Shown: piece after piece, positions 19,405 to 26,088 of the stretch
How the letters are laid out: every line of letters starts with the position of its first letter
Numbering within the stretch: position 1 is the stretch's first letter
Assembly (NCBI GenBank): GCA_000166095.1
Contig: CP002278.1
Location: 300,001-332,000 of the forward strand
Source of the DNA: Methanothermus fervidus DSM 2088
GTDB lineage: Archaea; Methanobacteriota; Methanobacteria; DSM-2088; Methanothermaceae
Length of the DNA stretch: 32,000 nt
Reading direction: 5' to 3'
The notes under the pieces: generated by a model
Databases searched by the model: none
Told to the model about the DNA's origin: nothing
Seen by the model: only the letters and a program-made list of their open reading frames with translations
Made by a program: the position numbers and the translations under genes

Positions 19405-20013
19405 ATGGCAACTAGGGAATTTATTGTAAGGATGAACGATACTACTACTAGTCCAAATTTTTCATTAAATAATCTTACAGGTGTTGGAAGGTTAGATTTA
19501 GCTTGTAGGGCTGTATCTTCAGCCCTATTTCTTTCTCATTCAATAAGAAAAAACTCTAAAATTTATGTCAACTTAAATGGTCCTCCTTCACCGCCAGTAA
19601 CAATATTATTTGATGCAAAAAATCTAAAAAGAGTATATCCTGATGAGAGGAACATTGCATCTCATATAAGAATTGCATTGAAAAAATTTGATAAAAAAGA
19701 AATTTTCACTGAAACAGAGCCTGGAATTTTCATTGCTAAAAAAAGTTTTGAAGAATTAATAAAAGAAAAAAATAAAAAAGCAGATATTTATTATTTATCA
19801 AAAGATGGCAAAGATATTAGAAAATTTAAATTTAATCTTGAAAAGGATCTTTGTTTTATTCTTGGAGACCATAAGGGAATTCCTAAAAAAACAGAAAAAT
19901 TTTTGGATGAATTAGGAATAAAAAAAATATCTGTTGGTGAAATAGAATACTTAGCATCACAAGTCATTACCATTGTGCATTATGAACTTGATAGACGTTT
20001 AGCAAGTAGGTAA
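19405..20013 (+). CDS. trmY: tRNA (pseudouridine(54)-N(1))-methyltransferase
   Basis: REFIVRMNDTTTSPNFSLNNLTGVGRLDLACRAVSSALFLSHSIRKN, FILGDHKGIPKKTEKFL, ISVGEIEYLASQVITIVHYELDRR. Confidence 0.9.
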   Translation: MATREFIVRMNDTTTSPNFSLNNLTGVGRLDLACRAVSSALFLSHSIRKNSKIYVNLNGPPSPPVTILFDAKNLKRVYPDERNIASHIRIALKKFDKKEIFTETEPGIFIAKKSFEELIKEKNKKADIYYLSKDGKDIRKFKFNLEKDLCFILGDHKGIPKKTEKFLDELGIKKISVGEIEYLASQVITIVHYELDRRLASR

Positions 20014-20597
20014 TCTTTATATGTATTTATATTTAACAGTTCAATTTCTTTTAGAGGAGGAATTGCATAAATTTTTACATTGTTATTGAGCATTTTTTTA
20101 AGAATTGGATTGATATTCCCAGGATATTGAGGTAAATATCTCAAAAGTAATTCCTTCCTAGCTACAAACGGCATGCCAAGTCCTTCCACATTTTCAACAT
20201 ATCCTTCTTTTCCTTTTCTACCTAATATCGACAATACGTCTTTTTTTATAGAAGTTTTTATTAAATTATTGAATGTTTCGCTGGTTACAAATGGTTGATC
20301 TCCTGCCACACACAAACAAATTTCATTGTTACATTCTTTGACACCAGATAATAGTGAATAAGACAATGGAACTTTATCAACCTTAACAATTTTTATATCA
20401 AGGTTTTTAATCAAATTAAAAATTTCTTTTTCTCTATATACAATGATACACTCATCAATTTTAGAGTTAAAAACATTGCTTAAAGTATGAAGCAATATTG
20501 GCTTGTTTCCAATTTTTAATAACAATTTATTTTTTGACACGTGTTTTTTCATTCGTTTACTTTGACCAGCTGCTGCAACTATTGCTGAAACTTTCAA
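19980..20597 (-). CDS. MobA-like NTP-transferase (GT-A fold)
   Basis: SAIVAAAGQSKRMKKHVSKNKLLLKIGNKPIL and CLCVAGDQPFVTSETF; last of a closely packed minus-strand run. Confidence 0.8.
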   Translation of the reverse strand: MKVSAIVAAAGQSKRMKKHVSKNKLLLKIGNKPILLHTLSNVFNSKIDECIIVYREKEIFNLIKNLDIKIVKVDKVPLSYSLLSGVKECNNEICLCVAGDQPFVTSETFNNLIKTSIKKDVLSILGRKGKEGYVENVEGLGMPFVARKELLLRYLPQYPGNINPILKKMLNNNVKIYAIPPLKEIELLNINTYKDYLLAKRLSSS

Positions 20598-20601
20598 ATT
20601 A

Positions 20602-21783
20602 TCACTCCGGAATTAAATATATTATTTTAACATGTATTTCCATGCTAGGACCATGGCCTTCTGACCACATTATTATCTTTATTGGATATTTACCTGTATT
20701 TGTTATCTTAATATCTGTTGCAGGGTTTATACCATACTTAACTGCCGTATATTCCCAAGTCAATCCTGTAGGCAATGGAAATCCAATACTAGTTACGGCA
20801 TCTCTTAAAGCTCTTGCTGGTGGACAAGTACCATGAGAAGCTGTGCCTGTCGGTGCCTTTGGATCACTAGAAAGTTCAAAACCAACAGATTCTTTACCAG
20901 AGGATGCTGTACCTGGTGGTATTATTGTGTTATTCCATGCTTTAATAAAAGATCTTGCATTTAACTCTCTTTTTAAATCATTATATTCAGGATAAGATCC
21001 CAAATAATCAACTACGTGTATTGCAACTTTTTCCTTGTAATTATGCATGTAAACCATTATAGGAGAATAGCTTGGATAATTTTTCATGTATTCTTTCACA
21101 TTTTTACCAAAAAGTTTTTCAATCTCATTTGGAGGAACTTCGCGCCTATTATCATTAAAATAATTCAATGAATAATCTAAAGTTATATTTTCACCTTCAT
21201 ATGCATTCATATACCATTTTTTAATTTCTTGGACAGAAACATAATCATGAGGTACTGTATCATTATTTATATCTGAAAAACTAACAACTTTAACAATTCT
21301 ATTTTTTTCGACTATTGCTAAGGAATTTTTCGTCTTTACGCCATATGTATATGGAACTTTATAACCCCAAACAAAATTAGATGGAGAATCTACACAAATT
21401 TTACCATTTTTAATTTTTAATATACCAGGTCCTTCATAACCTACAGCTATTCCTCTTCTAGATATATGTTCTCCCAATACTTTCTCCATATTTGGTGTTA
21501 CTCCTGTTAAAATGGAAATCATGACTTCATCATATTGTCGTTCTTTAAAATCTTCTATTAAGTTTGTGGGATGAAGAATTAATGGTGCTTTCCATACTTT
21601 ATCTCTATTCACAACTTTCATTCCTGGAAGTATTGTATCTCCTGCATCAAAAGACGAAACTTCTTTTGGATTTTGGGAGGGACTACCTTTTTCTGCATAC
21701 AACCCAATAGGGGCTGTGATTATTGCTAATGCAAAAAATAAAATAATAAATTTATTTAATTTTTTCAATGATTTCACGCCCAT
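20602..21783 (-). CDS. Exported protein with C-terminal VanW-like domain
   Basis: Signal peptide; NARSFIKAWNNTIIPPGTAS.. and GTASHGTCPPARALRDAVTSIGFPLPTGLTWEYTAVKYGINPATDIKITNTGKYPIKI match the VanW layout (R..N...A....I.PGe.fSf ... GGGICQvST.LynA...agl ... PDl.f.N.t.yPI.I). Confidence 0.55.
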   Translation of the reverse strand: MGVKSLKKLNKFIILFFALAIITAPIGLYAEKGSPSQNPKEVSSFDAGDTILPGMKVVNRDKVWKAPLILHPTNLIEDFKERQYDEVMISILTGVTPNMEKVLGEHISRRGIAVGYEGPGILKIKNGKICVDSPSNFVWGYKVPYTYGVKTKNSLAIVEKNRIVKVVSFSDINNDTVPHDYVSVQEIKKWYMNAYEGENITLDYSLNYFNDNRREVPPNEIEKLFGKNVKEYMKNYPSYSPIMVYMHNYKEKVAIHVVDYLGSYPEYNDLKRELNARSFIKAWNNTIIPPGTASSGKESVGFELSSDPKAPTGTASHGTCPPARALRDAVTSIGFPLPTGLTWEYTAVKYGINPATDIKITNTGKYPIKIIMWSEGHGPSMEIHVKIIYLIPE

Positions 21784-23230
21784 ATTTTACTCCTCCCTCT
21801 CCAATAATAAGTATGGTATCATTTTTATCTGCATAACTAAGGGCTTTCTTTATAGCTTCTTCTACTTGAAATTTACTTGCACCTAAAGTTCCTTTTTTAA
21901 ATTTTTTTTCTGTTGATTTTACATTTATTACGGTAGTATTTGTGTATTTTGATGCTTTTCTAGCAGAATATGATGCCGGTATCAATATATCTGCACTACT
22001 TAGAATTTTTGCAATTTTAATGTCTTCTTTGATTCCACTTTCAGATGATATTGTATTGACAACTATTAACCTGCCTTTTGGCTTTATTGTTTGAAGTATT
22101 GCCTTTACACCTGCAACATTGTGTGCATAATCAATTATTATCTCTGGTTTTTTATATATTTTTTCCATTCTTCCAGGAACTTTTTTAAATGTATTTAAAC
22201 CTTCAATTATTTTATCAAAATCAATTTTAAGAATAAATGCAGCTGCAGCAGCTGCTAAGGCATTGTATACATTAAATATACCACCATATTCTAATTTTAC
22301 AAGGCCTTCATTTGAATCAATGGATAAAATAAATTTTTTATTCTCCACATCTATAGCTTTAACTGTTGGTCTTGGTCTTTTAAACCCACATTCACACTCA
22401 TATTTTCCAAGATGTCCTAGAAATATTTCTTCGTATTTTAAATTTTTACCACAGAAAGGACAATCTCTATCCTCAAAAAAATGTTTTATTTTAATTTTTA
22501 AATTTTCAATCCCATAGTAGACTGTGTTGTCATTGCCAAAACTTGCGACTATTGGATCATCAGCATTTAAAACTAGTTTTTTTGCAACTTCCGTAATTTC
22601 TTTTTTACATTCAACATATTCTTGGAAAGAAATATTCTTTAAATGATCTCTTGATATATTTGTAATGACGCCAACAGTTACGTTGCTATTTTTTGCAGAT
22701 CTTTTTATTTCATTTTTTACTCCAAAGGTTCCTATTTCAACAACAGCAACGTCTCCAGGCAATCTTGCCTGTAATGGAGGTATAAACTCTGTATTACCTT
22801 GAATATTTAAATGATGTTCTGGCACCTCAAGCCCAGATATTTTAAGTATGTTTTTTAACATCTCCCTTGTTGTAGTTTTTCCATTTGTACCTGTAATACC
22901 AACTACTGGTTTTTTAACTTTATATTTTAAAATATCTTCTATTTTAATTAATTCTGCTTTTGGATTTTTATTTATTAAATTTAATACTTTTTTATTATTT
23001 GTTAAACTTGGTGCAATTGCTATAGCATCTGCTTTTTTTATTAAAGATAAATCGTGCCCACCTAAATCTAATTTTATACCTTCAGATTTAAATATATCTT
23101 TTAAATATGTATCTTTTCTAATATCTGACACTGTAACATCGTTACCTTTAGATTTTAAAATTCTTGCCATCAAACTACCTACTGTACCACAACCACCAAT
23201 TACAACTATCTTTTTATTTTTTAATTGCAT
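21752..23230 (-). CDS. Mur ligase family protein with Zn-ribbon insertion (candidate pseudomurein peptide ligase)
   Basis: Rossmann VVIGGCGTVGSLMARIL; VVGITGTNGKTTTREML; HNVAGVKAIL; MurT-like insertion CPFCGKNLKYEEIFLGHLGKYECECGFKRPRP. Confidence 0.85.
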   Translation of the reverse strand: MQLKNKKIVVIGGCGTVGSLMARILKSKGNDVTVSDIRKDTYLKDIFKSEGIKLDLGGHDLSLIKKADAIAIAPSLTNNKKVLNLINKNPKAELIKIEDILKYKVKKPVVGITGTNGKTTTREMLKNILKISGLEVPEHHLNIQGNTEFIPPLQARLPGDVAVVEIGTFGVKNEIKRSAKNSNVTVGVITNISRDHLKNISFQEYVECKKEITEVAKKLVLNADDPIVASFGNDNTVYYGIENLKIKIKHFFEDRDCPFCGKNLKYEEIFLGHLGKYECECGFKRPRPTVKAIDVENKKFILSIDSNEGLVKLEYGGIFNVYNALAAAAAAFILKIDFDKIIEGLNTFKKVPGRMEKIYKKPEIIIDYAHNVAGVKAILQTIKPKGRLIVVNTISSESGIKEDIKIAKILSSADILIPASYSARKASKYTNTTVINVKSTEKKFKKGTLGASKFQVEEAIKKALSYADKNDTILIIGEGGVKYGREIIEKIK

Positions 23231-24746
23231 CTAATATGTCTCCTTTTACATTATCATAAGCATTGACAACGCCTGGACCTATATGTAGAATCAAATCTCC
23301 TTTTTTTGATAATTCGATAGCCTTTAGTATTGAATCACGTACATTAGATGTTATTATTGTTTTGCATTCTTTTGCTCCTCTAGCAACTTCTTCAGCAGCA
23401 TTCCAGTCTATTTCTCCAGTAGTTTCATTTTTAGCACTGCATATAAGTATATCAGCTTTTTTTGACAGAATTCTACCAATTCTAAATTTATCTCTAGTTG
23501 TGAGAGTATCTGGATTATCAAGACTTATAATAAGTCTACCTTTCACATCTAAGTTTCCAATGACTTTTTCCATACTTTCTGGATTGTGTGCAGCGTCCAT
23601 ATATATTTTAACACCATCAATTTCTCCTATTTTTTCAAATCTGCCTTTTATACCTTTGAAATTTTCTAATTTTTCTTTTATATATTTCATTTTAAGTCCT
23701 AAAGCCAAACCAACAGTAATAGTTGCAAGAGAATTTTCAATATTTACTATCCCTGGAATTTGCAACTTTATGTTTTTTTCAAAAGGTCCAACATATCTTC
23801 TTTTAAATTCTCCACATTTGCATAATAATTCACCACAATTTTCGCAAATGACTGTTGGTATCTCATTAACCACAGCTTTAAATTTGGATCCGTCTAATCC
23901 TTCCAAAACAATATCTTTTGCTGTTACATCAGGTTTAGGCTTCTTTCCATCAAAACTATAAACTTTTGATTTATATTTAATTTTTTGTGGCTTGCCTAAC
24001 CCATAAAATACAATTTCTTTGTTAACAGAATTTTTTAACTTATATATAATTGGATCGTCACTATTGAAGACCAAAAGACCATTTTTATGCACTAAATCCT
24101 TTACTAAAAAATTTCTTTTCACATAATCCCAATATCCATCAAATTCATCCAAATGGTCAGGTGTTAAATTTGTTAAAACACCTACAGATAACTCCAAACC
24201 TTTAACCATTCTTATAGTTCCATGAGGTAATTCAAAAACAGCAAATTCTTTATCTTTGTAATCCTGATTTACGACAATCTCTGCAAGACCTTCTATTACT
24301 AAAGAATCTTGAAGAGAAGAAAAGACAAGTGTTGAATATTTATCTTTTAACAGATAATATATCATGTTTGTGGTCGTTGTCTTTCCATCAGTGCCTGCAA
24401 CGCCAACCATAGGCATGTTGATAAATTTCCCTAAAATTTTGCCAATTTCCTCGGGAGTTATTATTTCTAGTCCTGATTTCTTAACAATTTTAACAATTTC
24501 AGAGTTTGTGGGTATACTTGGTGAAATAAATACTTTTTCAGCCCAATCCAAACTTTTAGGATTATGATGCCCAAATTCAAATTTTATGCCCATTTTTTTC
24601 ATTTTTTTTATTTTTTTCTTTGCCTTAGGTGGTAATTCCTCAAATTTTTTAATTTCACTGACCAATACTTCGTTACCTAAATAGTGTAAAAGCAATGCTG
24701 CAGGCCTACCAGCATTTCCTGCCCCAATAACAAGAATTTTTGACAT
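23214..24746 (-). CDS. Mur ligase family protein with compact Cys cluster (candidate pseudomurein peptide ligase)
   Basis: ILVIGAGNAGRPAALLL; GVAGTDGKTTTTNMIYY; YMDAAHNPESMEKV; insertion ICENCGELLCKCGEFKRRYVGPF. Confidence 0.85.
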   Translation of the reverse strand: MSKILVIGAGNAGRPAALLLHYLGNEVLVSEIKKFEELPPKAKKKIKKMKKMGIKFEFGHHNPKSLDWAEKVFISPSIPTNSEIVKIVKKSGLEIITPEEIGKILGKFINMPMVGVAGTDGKTTTTNMIYYLLKDKYSTLVFSSLQDSLVIEGLAEIVVNQDYKDKEFAVFELPHGTIRMVKGLELSVGVLTNLTPDHLDEFDGYWDYVKRNFLVKDLVHKNGLLVFNSDDPIIYKLKNSVNKEIVFYGLGKPQKIKYKSKVYSFDGKKPKPDVTAKDIVLEGLDGSKFKAVVNEIPTVICENCGELLCKCGEFKRRYVGPFEKNIKLQIPGIVNIENSLATITVGLALGLKMKYIKEKLENFKGIKGRFEKIGEIDGVKIYMDAAHNPESMEKVIGNLDVKGRLIISLDNPDTLTTRDKFRIGRILSKKADILICSAKNETTGEIDWNAAEEVARGAKECKTIITSNVRDSILKAIELSKKGDLILHIGPGVVNAYDNVKGDILDAIKK

Positions 24747-24758
24747 TTCTTACCTCCG

Positions 24759-25991
24759 CTATTTTATGTTGAATATTGACATTGATTCTTCTAGAATTCT
24801 TTCTTCATAATCCTTTTTCTTTTCTCCAGGTTTCATTGGTTGCCTTAAAATTCTCAATAATTCCTTAGAAACACGAACTCCTATTTTATTTTTAAGCAAG
24901 GGATTTTTAATGTCGATGTTTTTTATCTTTTCTGAAAATATTTTTTCCTCTATTTTGTTAGCATCAGATGTTCTTACCTTTACCTTTGCCTGCTCTTTGC
25001 TCTTAAGATTATGGTAGTTAATCGCGACATAAATTGCACCATTGTTTAGAACATGTCTTTTGATTCCTTGAAAATCAATAGAGGAGACTTTACCATTCAA
25101 TTCTCCATAAACTTTAATTAATACAATTTTATTTTCAACATTTTTCTCATTTAATTTATTAATTATTTCAGTTCTAGCTTCTAAAGGAGACATATTATCA
25201 AAATTATTTAGCTTTATATATTCATACTCTGCTACATCTACATTTTTAAATTCATATTTTTTTACTTCATCATCAAATTCCACAATATAAAATCCTCTAT
25301 CTAAACCAGAAGCTGTTTTTTCTAAATCTTTAAATGAAGGTCCAAAAAGAGTTCCGGGATAAAATATCATCTCTTCTTCATCTATTATTTTCTCATGTAG
25401 ATGGCCACCAGCATAATAGTTAAAATTTCTTGGCAATGAACTCTTGGCAATGCCTTCAATCTCAGGTAAATCTTTTGGTATAAGTTCTTTTATTGCAGTG
25501 TGAAACATGAAAATTTTAAATCCTTTTTCTTTTTCTAAATATTCCATGTCTAAAAGCCTAAAATATTCCTTTTCTATAGATCTTTGCCTTGCGTTTATAC
25601 CACATATCTTAGCTCCAGTATTATCCTCTATAAATTCTAATTTTATTTTACCACAAGCTTTAGCATGGAAAACCTTTGTTATTAAGCCTGCACTCTCTAA
25701 AATATCAATCATTGAGGTATTAGTGGGACTGTAATCATGACTTCCATAAATAACATATATTGGGATCTCTTTGTCTCTAACATCTTTTAGTTTTTTTGTA
25801 GTTCTTTTTGCAGCTTCCATATTGGGTATGTTGGAATGAAACAAGTCACCACATATTATAATAAAATCAACTTTTGATTTTAAGGCCTCATCAATAGCAT
25901 TTTCAAAAGCTTTGATCTCCATTTCTTTCAATGTTGGATGTCTATGAGATCCAATATGAGCATCTGCAATATGTGCAAACTTATATGTAAT
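24759..25991 (-). CDS. mre11: Mre11 DNA double-strand break repair nuclease
   Basis: GDLFHSN, YVIYGSHDY, YYAGGHLHEKI; motif I (KFAHIADAHIGSHRHP) lies upstream of the ORF-track TTG start (25931) in the same open frame; no ATG/GTG/TTG between it and the in-frame stop at 26007-26009. Confidence 0.9.
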   Translation of the reverse strand: MTYKFAHIADAHIGSHRHPTLKEMEIKAFENAIDEALKSKVDFIIICGDLFHSNIPNMEAAKRTTKKLKDVRDKEIPIYVIYGSHDYSPTNTSMIDILESAGLITKVFHAKACGKIKLEFIEDNTGAKICGINARQRSIEKEYFRLLDMEYLEKEKGFKIFMFHTAIKELIPKDLPEIEGIAKSSLPRNFNYYAGGHLHEKIIDEEEMIFYPGTLFGPSFKDLEKTASGLDRGFYIVEFDDEVKKYEFKNVDVAEYEYIKLNNFDNMSPLEARTEIINKLNEKNVENKIVLIKVYGELNGKVSSIDFQGIKRHVLNNGAIYVAINYHNLKSKEQAKVKVRTSDANKIEEKIFSEKIKNIDIKNPLLKNKIGVRVSKELLRILRQPMKPGEKKKDYEERILEESMSIFNIK

Positions 25992-26029
25992 AATACCATC
26001 CCCTTCTCAGATTTTTTAACAATAAATTT

Positions 26030-26038
26030 TTTATAAAT
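26030..26038 (+). promoter_or_regulatory. Putative archaeal TATA box for the rad50 operon
   Basis: tttataaat in the mre11/rad50 divergent intergenic region, about 50 nt upstream of rad50 ATG (26089). Confidence 0.45.
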
Positions 26039-26088
26039 CTTATTATAGATAATAGCTGTGGAAAAATATTATTTTTTGGGGATTTCAC

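Noticed and set aside
19980-20013. 34-nt convergent overlap of trmY and the NTP-transferase gene considered as a regulatory antisense element
   Set aside because: Short tail-to-tail overlaps are common in compact archaeal genomes; nothing in the sequence indicates regulation.
23263-23961. 232-aa plus-strand ORF opposite a Mur ligase
   Set aside because: Antisense to a clear Mur ligase; no recognisable domain.
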